Below are positions 1 through 9,689 of a DNA stretch of 64,000 bases, piece after piece. Positions within the stretch are counted from its first letter, which is position 1; each line of letters opens with the position of its first letter. Source of the stretch: Methanothrix sp. (GTDB lineage Archaea; Halobacteriota; Methanosarcinia; Methanotrichales; Methanotrichaceae); contig JBAXWY010000004.1 in the NCBI GenBank assembly GCA_037128175.1, forward strand, positions 1 through 64,000, in the 5' to 3' direction. Under the pieces are notes generated by a model. That model was not told where the DNA came from. It made no database searches and saw nothing but the letters and a program-made list of their open reading frames with translations. A program made the translations under genes and the position numbers.

Positions 1-733
1 TTACCCTCTTTGCGATCCGGGCCAACTTTGTCTGGGCTTTCTTCCGGTTATTGGATCCAAGCTTCTTGCGGTGCAACGATTTATTGGCAGCTCGATTCTT
101 CTTCTCAGCTTGGACATGGTACTTTGGATAGTCGAAGTACTGACCGTCCGTTGTTACGGCTGCATGAGTGATGCCAAGGTCTACTCCGATCGCGGTCTTG
201 GGCTTCAGCTTGGTTGGATTCTCAAGCTCGGTCGTAAATATGACATACCATGCATTTGTCTTATCTCGCTTGATGGAACAGGTTTTGATCCTGCCAACAA
301 TAGGCCTATGCACAAAGGTTCTAATGCCGCCGGAAATTTTTGACAGTATCAGCCTGGTGCCGTTCAGCTTGAACCCTGACTGAGGATAGGTAATCGAGCT
401 ATAACGGTTAATGGACTTGAACCGAGGGTAGCCTTTTTTTTGAGCCCCTTCGCGAACTCTTCGAAAGAAGTTATCAAAGGATTTCTGAAGCCTCCTTAAG
501 ACATCCTGTTCGACCTGAGAATGGACGGCATTGAGGTATGGATTTGACTGTTTCTCAAAAACCAGCAAAGCTGCCTGATCTTCGTAAGATCTGGTTATGC
601 CTTCGCGTTCCCAGGCATTTTTGCGATCAGCAAGTGCTTTATTCCAAAGATGCCTGCAGGTATCCAGCGTTAAGGCCAATTGTGCTTCTTGTTGCCTGTT
701 TGGGTATAGCCGGAACTTGTAGGCCGTTTTCAT
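1..733 (-). CDS. tnpB: IS200/IS605-family TnpB (RNA-guided endonuclease), partial, runs off the window start
   Basis: Not in the ORF track (no stop inside the window). Manual translation from ATG at 733: MKTAYKFRLYPNRQQEAQL...CRHLWNKAL...HSQVEQDVLRRLQKSFDNFF...GYPRFK...WYVIF...AIGVDLGITHAAV...GSNNRKKAQTKLARI. This shows the OrfB N-terminal HTH, the GYPRFK motif and the RuvC-I GVDLG motif. Confidence 0.9.
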   Translation of the reverse strand, partial: MKTAYKFRLYPNRQQEAQLALTLDTCRHLWNKALADRKNAWEREGITRSYEDQAALLVFEKQSNPYLNAVHSQVEQDVLRRLQKSFDNFFRRVREGAQKKGYPRFKSINRYSSITYPQSGFKLNGTRLILSKISGGIRTFVHRPIVGRIKTCSIKRDKTNAWYVIFTTELENPTKLKPKTAIGVDLGITHAAVTTDGQYFDYPKYHVQAEKKNRAANKSLHRKKLGSNNRKKAQTKLARIAKRV

Positions 734-797
734 ATTAACTTAATGTGGTCGTTCCATGCTATATTAAGTCAATTAGTGCGCAGCGAAAGTAATCATG

Positions 798-850
798 ACA
801 GGGGTACGATTCATCCCCAGCCTGAAGTCTGGGGTCTTCTCTACCCCTGT
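798..850. mobile_element. Subterminal hairpin (element end) of the IS200/IS605-type element
   Basis: Nested inverted repeat: ACAGGGGTA (798-806) pairs with TACCCCTGT (842-850), enclosing CCCCAGCCTGAAGTCTGGGG (815-834). It lies just upstream of tnpB; no tnpA is seen between them. Confidence 0.6.
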
Positions 851-978
851 ACCCCAACGAGATAAAAGATTGGGCCCTTTATTTTTTCCTAACCACGCTT
901 CATATTTTTTAGGAATTGCTGACCGAAAAGATCTAAAGCCAGGCTGAGCTTTATGCACCAGTCCTAGATATCCGGGCT

Positions 979-2187
979 GTGATAGATTTGAAGGGTGTAA
1001 TATTGGCGGCCGGAGAAGGCCGCAGATGCAGGCCACTTACCCAGACCAGATCCAAGGTCATGCTTCCCGTGGGAAACCGCCCTTTCATGGAGCATGTCAT
1101 TTCGGCTCTGGCTGCTAACGGCATTCGAGATCTCTACATTGTAGTGGGCTATCAGAAAGAAAGGGTCATGGACTATTTCGAGGATGGACTTGATTTTGGC
1201 GTAAAGATCACTTACATCGAGCAAAATGAGCTTTTGGGGACGGCCCATGCCCTGCGCAAAGCTGAAAGCTATGTGAATGAGGAATTTCTCGTGGTCAACG
1301 GAGACAATCTCATAGATGCAAGGGCGGTCAAGGAGCTGATCTCAGCCATTGGAGAGAACGTGATATTGGCTGCTCTTCGCCGGCATTCCGGCGACTATGG
1401 GGTCTTAATGGTAGAACAGGAGAGGGTAAAGGCAATAATCGAGAAGCCAGAACGGCCATGTTCCGGAATTCTCAATACGGGAGCCTACAAATTCAGTCCT
1501 GCTATCTTTGAAGACCTCCGCCATACTCCCATATCGGAGAGGGGATCTTACGAGCTGACACAGACCCTATCTCAGATGATCGCAGACGGAAAAGAGATCG
1601 TACCCCAGATATGCAAGGGCATATGGGCAGATGCCATTTTCGCCTGGGATCTTCTCAATGCCAACAACCTAGCCCTCGGCATGAAGGATACAAAAATTTC
1701 CGGAGAATTGGAGGAGGGCGTCAGAATCAAAGGCCCGGTAGAGGTGGGTAAGGGCAGTATTATCCGCTCCGGATCTTATCTGGTGGGCCCGGTCTGTATC
1801 GGCGAAGACTGCGATATCGGCCCTTGTGCCACCATCCTGCCGTCCACTTCCGTTGGTGACTCGGCGAGGATCGGCTCACATTCTGAGGTAAGAAACAGCA
1901 TAATCATGAATGATACCAGGATAGGCTCAGCTGCTATTATTTCCGACTCGGTTGTGGGCGCAAGCTGCACTTTAGGGGACCAACTGGTCATCGAGACGGG
2001 ACCGTGTGTAGTAGAGGTGGAGGAGGCCTTTTTGAGGGCAGAGTTCGGGGCGATATTTGCCGATGATGTGACCGCAGGAAGCAGAGTTCTGGCCAGTCCG
2101 GGAACGGTTGTGGGCACGGGTGCGCGCATAGGCTCGGGAGCCTCAATTCGCGGCTGGATTGAGAGAGAGAGCAGGGTGATTAGCTGA
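979..2187 (+). CDS. Bifunctional sugar-1-phosphate nucleotidylyltransferase/acetyltransferase (archaeal GlmU-like)
   Basis: VILAAGEGRRCRPLT...K..LPV nucleotidyltransferase signature, EKP motif, C-terminal hexapeptide repeats; coupled to glmS. Confidence 0.85.
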   Translation: MIDLKGVILAAGEGRRCRPLTQTRSKVMLPVGNRPFMEHVISALAANGIRDLYIVVGYQKERVMDYFEDGLDFGVKITYIEQNELLGTAHALRKAESYVNEEFLVVNGDNLIDARAVKELISAIGENVILAALRRHSGDYGVLMVEQERVKAIIEKPERPCSGILNTGAYKFSPAIFEDLRHTPISERGSYELTQTLSQMIADGKEIVPQICKGIWADAIFAWDLLNANNLALGMKDTKISGELEEGVRIKGPVEVGKGSIIRSGSYLVGPVCIGEDCDIGPCATILPSTSVGDSARIGSHSEVRNSIIMNDTRIGSAAIISDSVVGASCTLGDQLVIETGPCVVEVEEAFLRAEFGAIFADDVTAGSRVLASPGTVVGTGARIGSGASIRGWIERESRVIS

Positions 2188-3992
2188 TGTGCGGAATTGT
2201 GGCTTATGTCGGCGACCAGTTGGCAGGGCCGATTCTCTTTGATACTCTGAAAAGGCTGGAGTATAGAGGTTATGACTCGGCGGGTGTGGCCATCAAATCT
2301 GAAGGATCGATTGTGGTCTTGAAGTCTGCCGGGCGAATCGCAGATCTGGAAAAGGTCTACCAATCGCGGGGCTGTCCTGGAGAGGGCATGGGCATTGGCC
2401 ATACCCGCTGGGCAACGCACGGGCGACCGAATGACCGGAATGCGCATCCTCACACCTCCGGGGAGATAGCCATAGTCCATAACGGCATCATTGAAAACTA
2501 CCTGGATCTAAGAGAGTTGCTGACTGAAATGGGCTATGTGTTTTCATCCGAGACGGACAGCGAGGTCCTGGCGCATCTCATTCACTTTTATTTTAAAGGC
2601 GATCTTTACACAGCGGTTTGCAGGGCTTTAGTGCATGTGGAAGGCTCCTATGCCGTGGCCGTGCTCGCTGCCAGTTCGCCCTATTTGGTCTGTGCCAGAA
2701 AGGACAGCCCCATGGTGTTGGGCAAAGGCAAAACTGCAATCTATGTGGCATCCGATGTTCCCGCGCTTCTTCCCTATACCAAAGACGTCATCCGCATGAA
2801 AGACGGCGAGATAGCCCGTGTCTTTGCGGACCGGGTTGAGATAATGGATCGAGAGGGTCAGCCCCGCCAGGCTCAGGTCGAGCGCATCACCTGGGATGCC
2901 GATGCCGCAGAGAAGGGCGGATATACGCATTTCATGCTAAAAGAGATCCATGAGCAGCCGCGGGCCATTCGCGAGACCATTGCCGGGAGAATCTCGGAGA
3001 TAGACGGGGATGTGCGGCTCAAACTGGGCATGAGCGAGGAAGAGATAAAATGCCTGGAAAGGGTGACCATCATTGCCTGCGGCACATCCTACCATGCCGG
3101 AATGCTGGCCAAGAACCTGTTTGCTCGTGTGGCCGGTCTGCCGGTGGATGTAGAGGTGGCATCCGAGTTTTTGAATCTTCAGGTGCGGCAAAGGACACTC
3201 CTTTTGGGCATCACCCAGTCAGGAGAGACGGCGGATACTCTGCTGGCCCTGAAGAAGGCCAAGACCTGTGGTGGAAGGAGCCTGGCCATAACCAATGTCG
3301 TGGGATCAACGGTGACCGAACTGGTGGACGGCACCATATACACTCGCTGCGGCCCGGAGATCGGCGTGGCTGCCACCAAGACCTTCACCTCTCAGCTGGT
3401 GGCCATCATTCTGCTGGCCATACGCCTGGGCAGAGCCCGCGCCCATCTGACGCCCGATCAGGCCAGAAAGATGCTCATTGAGCTGACCAAACTCCCCGGC
3501 CTGGTGCAAAGGGTTTTGGAGAAGAGGGAAGAGATCCGAAAGATCGCCGAGCGTTATGCAGGCGCAAGCTGCTACTTCTTCATAGGCAGGGACTATCTCT
3601 ATCCCATATCTCTTGAAGGCGCTTTGAAGATGAAGGAGATCGCCTACATCCCATCCGAGGGCTACGCAGGAGGCGAGCTAAAGCACGGGCCGCTGGCATT
3701 GATTACGGAAAAGACGCCAGTAGTGGCGCTGGCCACTTGCGGCAAGAAGATTCAGTCCAATATCAAAGAGGTCAGAGCACGCGGGGCAGAAGTGATAGCC
3801 TTGGCCTCGGAAGGAGATCCGGATATCGCCAAGGTGGCCAGCCATGTGATTGAGCTGCCACAGACGCAGCCCATCTACTCCGCCGTGCTTTGTACGGTGG
3901 CCGTGCAGCTTCTCTCCTATTATACGGCAAACAAGCTCGGCCTGCCCATTGATAAGCCTCGTAACCTTGCCAAGTGCGTGACTGTGGAGTGA
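2187..3992 (+). CDS. glmS: Glutamine--fructose-6-phosphate aminotransferase
   Basis: MCGIV start, LEYRGYDSAG, GHTRWATHG, HNGIIENY, SIS domains, C-terminal PRNLAKCVTVE. Confidence 0.97.
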   Translation: MCGIVAYVGDQLAGPILFDTLKRLEYRGYDSAGVAIKSEGSIVVLKSAGRIADLEKVYQSRGCPGEGMGIGHTRWATHGRPNDRNAHPHTSGEIAIVHNGIIENYLDLRELLTEMGYVFSSETDSEVLAHLIHFYFKGDLYTAVCRALVHVEGSYAVAVLAASSPYLVCARKDSPMVLGKGKTAIYVASDVPALLPYTKDVIRMKDGEIARVFADRVEIMDREGQPRQAQVERITWDADAAEKGGYTHFMLKEIHEQPRAIRETIAGRISEIDGDVRLKLGMSEEEIKCLERVTIIACGTSYHAGMLAKNLFARVAGLPVDVEVASEFLNLQVRQRTLLLGITQSGETADTLLALKKAKTCGGRSLAITNVVGSTVTELVDGTIYTRCGPEIGVAATKTFTSQLVAIILLAIRLGRARAHLTPDQARKMLIELTKLPGLVQRVLEKREEIRKIAERYAGASCYFFIGRDYLYPISLEGALKMKEIAYIPSEGYAGGELKHGPLALITEKTPVVALATCGKKIQSNIKEVRARGAEVIALASEGDPDIAKVASHVIELPQTQPIYSAVLCTVAVQLLSYYTANKLGLPIDKPRNLAKCVTVE

Positions 3993-4146
3993 GGTCTCCT
4001 TTTCACATGAAAAACAGGATGGGATGATTACCCACATCCATATATCCATTATGCATAAAGGCGAGACGCAACTGGGCATTTTTGGCTTGGCATTCTTAAC
4101 CTCTGGCTCTTGATAGTCCTCGCGTTTCATAAGCAGGTGATAGATA

Positions 4147-4989
4147 ATGCACAGCACTTTTCTGGCAAGTGCGATGGCAGCAACATTCTTTCCGCTTCAG
4201 CAAGTATTTATACATATAGATGAAACATTAATCATGCGAAGTGGAGGGTACTCAGAATTAGAGCTGACACCTCATATAAAAAAGATGTTTCTGATTATTT
4301 CAATAATGCTAATTAGTTCCATCGTATGCTCACATGGGGCCACTTTAATTGTTGGGAATAGCCCAAAATGTTACGAAAGCATTCAAGAGGCGATAAATTC
4401 GGCTAGCGTAGGGGATGAAATATTGGTTTATCCCGGAACTTACTACGAAAATATCGTTGTAGATAAGCGCTTGGATCTTATTGGGTTGAAAAATCCAGTT
4501 ATTGATGCAGGGGGCGATTATGTCAACGGCCCGGGAGTAACTATACTCACTGACGGTGTACTGATGGAAGGGTTTACCATTAGGAATTCCACAAATACCG
4601 CGGGAGATCCGCTATCAGGTGCGGGGGTATTGGTAAGATCAAACAACAATACCATTAAAGGAAATATATTAGAAAATAACTATCGCAGCGGAATCAAAGT
4701 TCTGAGGGGATATAATAATTCAATTACTAATAATAGTGTTTATGGTAATTTTGAAGGTATATTAGTGTCAGATTCGCATCGTAATAAGATAGAAAGTAAC
4801 CACATAAATAGCAACAATGATGCGGGAATTTTTATTACGGGTCTTTCAGAACAGAATTTGGTAAAATATAACATTATAAATAATAACTCACGAGGTGTAT
4901 TATTGGTCGATGCAGGCTTTAATGATATTACTAAAAACTCCGTTTTTGAGAATAAAGTGAATAATTTTGATACATTCTATGCTTACTGA
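4147..4989 (+). CDS. Secreted right-handed beta-helix (NosD/CASH-type) protein
   Basis: Signal-like hydrophobic stretch (MFLIISIMLISSIV), then SIQEAINSA..GD.I.V.PGTYYENIVVDK and Asn-rich repeats. The true start is probably downstream of 4147. AT-rich. Confidence 0.75.
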   Translation: MHSTFLASAMAATFFPLQQVFIHIDETLIMRSGGYSELELTPHIKKMFLIISIMLISSIVCSHGATLIVGNSPKCYESIQEAINSASVGDEILVYPGTYYENIVVDKRLDLIGLKNPVIDAGGDYVNGPGVTILTDGVLMEGFTIRNSTNTAGDPLSGAGVLVRSNNNTIKGNILENNYRSGIKVLRGYNNSITNNSVYGNFEGILVSDSHRNKIESNHINSNNDAGIFITGLSEQNLVKYNIINNNSRGVLLVDAGFNDITKNSVFENKVNNFDTFYAY

Positions 4990-5190
4990 TATAGGCGGTC
5001 AATCTCTTAAATCTTTGTAGTCATTCATTTGATTAATTTGTGAGAAATGAAATTAAAGACGAAAGGTACATCATAAAGATGAGAAGAAGGATTTTCGCTA
5101 GTAATTCCTCAATTTGATCCAGGATTAGTCGATAATCCTAAATCTAGGAAAGAATATGGAGTTTGTTCGGAAAGGAGAGATATACCGGAT

Positions 5191-6762
5191 ATGATAATGA
5201 AGAGACTATATCAAATAAGTTCAGGGATAATTTTTCTGGTGCTCATTTTAGCCTTTATATCAGCTCTTTCTTCACCAATCGTATTTGCATCCATGGCACA
5301 ACAAGAAAAATCCGTATCAAAGGAAGCTCATACTACAGAAATAATCATAGATCAAAACGGTAATAAAAAGAATAATTATGATACTGTATATAAATATTTT
5401 GAATTGAGCAGAAATTTGACGGAGAATCATCCGAAGCAATTACAAATTGAGTCGAGTTGGATGGATATTGGTTTGCCTGAAGATCCATATAAATCATCAG
5501 GTCCTCTACCAGCAAATTCCAATAACCAACCAGCCGAATTGACCACAATAAAGCAGGGTTTTATAGGGTTATATCATCCTTTCAAAGGAAAAGTTTATGC
5601 AGGGACAGACGTATATGATGATGAAGATCTTTATCATGCTTACCGTTTTGGAGTGAACGGCATAATAAATGACCCGATTTATGGTAATTACCTATTTAAA
5701 GAAAATATCGAAAGGCATTGTCAGGAATTTGACACTAACCTGGTTTATGGAATAATTCGACCACCTTCCGAAAGGGGGGTAGTTAATAATCCCAATGATA
5801 CTAAGCTATCGGAACCATCTTCTCCACCAGGAATGATCCAAGCAGCAGCGAGGTTCTCCAAGCTATCGTCAATTTTTCCCCAAATAAGAGGGGTGATAAT
5901 TGATGATTTTTGGGCTAACTATTACGGAAACGCCATAACACTGGAAGATATGAAAAATATAAAAGGTGCTCTGTCAGGGAAAAAAATGAGGCCTGATGGT
6001 ACTGTGGATCTTGAATCGCTCCCAAAAACACCGGATTTGCAACTGTTCATTGTGACATATGGAGGCGAGTTGAGGATTTCCCCCGATAAAGATATAATAG
6101 ATATGATCGATGGTGTTAACTTCTGGCTTTATGACCAGGAGGATTCCTATAACAACTTCGACAAATATTTAAGTGCCCTAGAGGCCCATTATCCAAATAA
6201 AGAACTGATCACAGGCGTGTATATCCATAATGGCGATTATGGAGATATGTCCAATCAATCCATATCCTATTTGGTTGATAAGGGCATACAGCTTTATGAA
6301 AAAGGTTTATCATCCGGAATACTTTTATTTTCTGGTTATTGGCTGGTTAAGGACTATATATCAGAAGAGAGAAGCCAGAAGATTGGGCTTTCTGATATTC
6401 TTTATAGCAAATATTATCCTTCACTCGGTGAGATTAATTGTCAAGTGGTGGATGATGAAACTTCGCGGCCGCTGCAAGGAGTTAAAATCAAGATCTACCT
6501 CAATATGGCTAGAAAGATTACTGCAGCGGGAAAGACAACCAATGAACAGGGGATGTTCCGCTTTTCAGGATATGCAGGTAGATCCGGAAGCGTTTCATAT
6601 AGCTTCACAGCCGAGAAAGACGGATATAATCCTTACGATGGATCGTTCACCATGGAGGCAAATAAAGCCATAAATATACCTTCAGTAAAGCTCAAACGAT
6701 TAGAACTGGATATTGAGAGTTCTGTTGAATCTCATAGTGGTTGCGTGCCAGTTTTGATGTAA
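5191..6762 (+). CDS. Secreted protein, putative glycoside-hydrolase-like barrel plus C-terminal carboxypeptidase-regulatory-like domain
   Basis: N-terminal signal/TM; RGVIIDDFW motif; C-terminal VVDDETSRPLQGVKI...TTNEQGMFRF...EKDGY beta-sandwich pattern. Confidence 0.5.
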   Translation: MIMKRLYQISSGIIFLVLILAFISALSSPIVFASMAQQEKSVSKEAHTTEIIIDQNGNKKNNYDTVYKYFELSRNLTENHPKQLQIESSWMDIGLPEDPYKSSGPLPANSNNQPAELTTIKQGFIGLYHPFKGKVYAGTDVYDDEDLYHAYRFGVNGIINDPIYGNYLFKENIERHCQEFDTNLVYGIIRPPSERGVVNNPNDTKLSEPSSPPGMIQAAARFSKLSSIFPQIRGVIIDDFWANYYGNAITLEDMKNIKGALSGKKMRPDGTVDLESLPKTPDLQLFIVTYGGELRISPDKDIIDMIDGVNFWLYDQEDSYNNFDKYLSALEAHYPNKELITGVYIHNGDYGDMSNQSISYLVDKGIQLYEKGLSSGILLFSGYWLVKDYISEERSQKIGLSDILYSKYYPSLGEINCQVVDDETSRPLQGVKIKIYLNMARKITAAGKTTNEQGMFRFSGYAGRSGSVSYSFTAEKDGYNPYDGSFTMEANKAINIPSVKLKRLELDIESSVESHSGCVPVLM

Positions 6763-6875
6763 AATAGCCGCAGTATTCAGCATCAAGAACCGACTTGCTG
6801 TGTCCCAAAAAGGTTACAGCCTTCACTGCTCATATCAGCATTGCCTATGACTCGCCGGGTTTTTCATCCTTTGGG

Positions 6876-6909
6876 CATGATCCCTGCCAGAGGATCATGA
6901 TGGTTTTTT
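6876..6909 (+). terminator. Possible terminator hairpin between convergent genes
   Basis: CATGATCC (6876-6883) / GGATCATG (6892-6899) stem followed by a T-run. Confidence 0.3.
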
Positions 6910-6928
6910 GGGAGAGCCTCTAATTGTT

Positions 6929-7921
6929 CTAAAGGCTCTCGTAAACCTCTTTGATAATCCGGTCGTTGCTCTCCCAGAACCTGTAATCTTCTGCCAAAAG
7001 CTTCTCAGGCACTCGCAGGAGATTCTCCAGCACCGCTTCTTCCAGCTGTTCTGCCTTCACAACCACCAGGTTTTTCCTCTTCTCCTCCTCCGTCACTCCG
7101 GATGCCACTACAGTTTTTCCCAGCAGCAGGTACTCATTTAGCTTCCAGACGCTTTTGTCCGTGGCATAGGGCGTGAGCAAGCTCTCGCTGTGGGGTATGA
7201 GGCAGATCCTGGCCAGGCTGATCAGCCCTGCAACCTTATCGTGTGGTTGCCAGCCAAAGAATCGAGCGTTTTTAGGAAGCTTTCTCAGATACCAGCGAGA
7301 GAACGGCCCGTCGCCTATGATCCAGAAGGTCTGCTCTGGAATCTTCTCGATGAGATGGAGCAGATTGCCTATGCCCTCCTGGCGGCTGATTCTTCCCATG
7401 AAGACGATGGGTCTCTCATTGGCGAGATCTGACAGGGCAGCAGCCCGGCTCTTTTCCAGGAAGCTATTTGCCGGGTAATTGTTCACAATAAAAAGGGGCT
7501 TGTCCATTCCATGAACGTAAGACCTCACCTTTTCCGCCAGCGGCCGGTTGACGGCTGTGATCACATCGGCAGCACCTGCCAGCTCTCGCTCAAAGTACTC
7601 GCCTGCGGGCCTGGCTAGCGGCCCGAAGCTCATCTGCAGCTCCACTCCCCAGGGGGAGCGGTAGTCATAAATGAGCTTCTTGTAGCAGGAGCCCTTCAGC
7701 TTGCCGAGACCATGAAAAATAATATCCGGCACATTGAAGAGGTGTACGGCATCCGGCCTCTCCTTTTGCAGAACTTGCCTGGCCTCTCTTGCTATTTGCA
7801 GCCAGCCTCTGGAGCTGAATTGGGGCACGATGACATCCTGGCCCTGGCTCTCCAGGGTTGCTTTGAACATCAAGAGCCTTGTCGTCCTCTCCGGCTGATT
7901 GGAGAGAAGAAGTATCCTCAT
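6929..7921 (-). CDS. Glycosyltransferase (GT-B, GT4-like)
   Basis: IVFMGRISRQEG, FWIIGDGP, WKLNEYLLLGKTVV motifs; last gene of the wbp-like operon. Confidence 0.75.
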   Translation of the reverse strand: MRILLLSNQPERTTRLLMFKATLESQGQDVIVPQFSSRGWLQIAREARQVLQKERPDAVHLFNVPDIIFHGLGKLKGSCYKKLIYDYRSPWGVELQMSFGPLARPAGEYFERELAGAADVITAVNRPLAEKVRSYVHGMDKPLFIVNNYPANSFLEKSRAAALSDLANERPIVFMGRISRQEGIGNLLHLIEKIPEQTFWIIGDGPFSRWYLRKLPKNARFFGWQPHDKVAGLISLARICLIPHSESLLTPYATDKSVWKLNEYLLLGKTVVASGVTEEEKRKNLVVVKAEQLEEAVLENLLRVPEKLLAEDYRFWESNDRIIKEVYESL

Positions 7922-9099
7922 GGATACTCGAACTTCAGCAGGAAGGGGTCAAAAAGCAGATCCGCCTTCTGAGGCTCAATGTAGCGCAGGCCCTTTGTCT
8001 GCACATCGTGTTCGCTTAGCAGTGGATCATAAACGTAAGCGTCAAGTCCTTTTTCCATAAGGAGCCTGGCCAGGGCCAGGTTTCTGCTATGATAGAACTC
8101 TTTTACACCTGCTCGGAAAGTTATGCCCTTGATACAGATCTTAATGCTGAAAAGCGGCTTGTTGATTTTCATGCACTCCAGCAATATTCTTTCCGCCCAG
8201 TAGCGGATCATCTCATCGTTGACCTCTCGCGAGACACAGAGCAAACGGCAATTGCTGAAATGTTCTCTTTTTTCCATCTCTTTTATGAGAAACCAGGGGT
8301 ATACAGGAATGCAGTGGCCGCCAACCCCAGTGGAGGGCAGATGGATGTGGCAAAACTGGTGGTTGGCGTTGTCTCTGGCCTCGAAAAAGTCGACCCCCAA
8401 ATCCTGGCAAATCTTGAAGAGTTCATTGGCTAAAGCGATATTTACGTCGCGATAGCAGCCCTCCATGACCTTGATCATCTCCGCCACTTTGGCCGAGGAG
8501 ACCAGATGAAGATTGCAGATGAATTTTTTGTAGACCTGATAGGCAATTATGCCGCTCTCTTCGTCCCTGCCGCCGATTACTTTGGGAAATTCCCGGAGTC
8601 GCGAGAGGCTAACGCCGGTCATTATCCTCTCCGGAGAATAGGCCAGGAAAAAGTCGTTCTGCAATAGGCAGCTTGACTCGCATAGCCTTTTTTGCACCAG
8701 CCCCTCCGTAGTTCCCGGCGGAAAGGTTGTCTCTAAAACGACCAGATCTCCCTTCTTCAGGATCTTGCCCAGAGAATGGAGTGCTTTCTCCATAATTGAG
8801 AAGTCGGGATTATTGCCGGCGTCCACAAAGACGGGCACAATCACTATGAAGGTTTGGCAGCCTTTCGCGTCCTCGAAATGCGGCGTAGCTACGAGCCTTT
8901 TTCCGCCGTGCTGTTTTATTAGCTCTTCTAAGCCCGCTTCCTCGGGTATGGGATTTTCCCCACGGTTTATCTGACGACAGCGCTCGTCATTGATATCCAC
9001 GCCCATGACCATAATGCCATTGTCCGCCACAACCGCAGCTAAAGGCAGTCCGGCATTGCCTAGACCAATAACTGCGATCTTTGCACCTTCTTCAGACAT
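7918..9099 (-). CDS. UDP-N-acetylhexosamine 6-dehydrogenase (WbpA/WecC family)
   Basis: IAVIGLGNAGLPLA Rossmann motif, LETTFPPGTT, YSPERI, GVGGHCIPVYP. Start placed at MSEEG (9099); the ORF track starts at 9165. Confidence 0.9.
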   Translation of the reverse strand: MSEEGAKIAVIGLGNAGLPLAAVVADNGIMVMGVDINDERCRQINRGENPIPEEAGLEELIKQHGGKRLVATPHFEDAKGCQTFIVIVPVFVDAGNNPDFSIMEKALHSLGKILKKGDLVVLETTFPPGTTEGLVQKRLCESSCLLQNDFFLAYSPERIMTGVSLSRLREFPKVIGGRDEESGIIAYQVYKKFICNLHLVSSAKVAEMIKVMEGCYRDVNIALANELFKICQDLGVDFFEARDNANHQFCHIHLPSTGVGGHCIPVYPWFLIKEMEKREHFSNCRLLCVSREVNDEMIRYWAERILLECMKINKPLFSIKICIKGITFRAGVKEFYHSRNLALARLLMEKGLDAYVYDPLLSEHDVQTKGLRYIEPQKADLLFDPFLLKFEYP

Positions 9100-9679
9100 A
9101 GATTTCAACCTTCTTTCCACAGGCAGGGCATATATAAATCGACTTGTTGCTGCATTGCACGGCATCCTCTTTCAGCCGGTGACCGCAATAGCAGACATAA
9201 CCCCTTTGCCGTCCGGGATTGCCTAGCATTAGAGCAAAAGGAGGCACGTCCTTCGCCACTACGCTTCCCGCGCCAATCATGGCATACTCGCCTACGGTTA
9301 TGCCGCAGACCAGTGTGGCATTGGCCCCGATGCTCGCGCCCCGGCAGATGCGCGTGGCAGAAATGTGCTCTTCATTCCAGATAAATGCACGCGGATACAG
9401 ATCGTTGGTGAAGGTGGCAGAGGGGCCCACAAAGACATCGTCCTCGATGATCACGCCCTTATAAACGGAGACGAAGTTCTGGATCTTCACATTGTTGCCA
9501 ATCTCGGCGTCAATGTCGATGTAAACGCTCTTTCCTATGTTGCAGTTCTTGCCTATCTTCGAGCCGCTACGAACGTGGGCGAAATGCCAGATCTTTGTGC
9601 CCTCACCAATCACCCTGCTCTCGACTATGGCCGTGGGATGGACATAGTAGCTATTGCTTTCCCCTTGCATATTTGCCAT
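9092..9679 (-). CDS. Hexapeptide N-acetyltransferase (WbpD/WlbB-like)
   Basis: VHPTAIV..IGEGTKIWHF, VKIQN.VSVY.GV, FTNDLYPR, GNP, C-terminal CxCG...CPxCG. Confidence 0.9.
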   Translation of the reverse strand: MANMQGESNSYYVHPTAIVESRVIGEGTKIWHFAHVRSGSKIGKNCNIGKSVYIDIDAEIGNNVKIQNFVSVYKGVIIEDDVFVGPSATFTNDLYPRAFIWNEEHISATRICRGASIGANATLVCGITVGEYAMIGAGSVVAKDVPPFALMLGNPGRQRGYVCYCGHRLKEDAVQCSNKSIYICPACGKKVEIYV

Positions 9680-9689
9680 TCTTCCCGTC

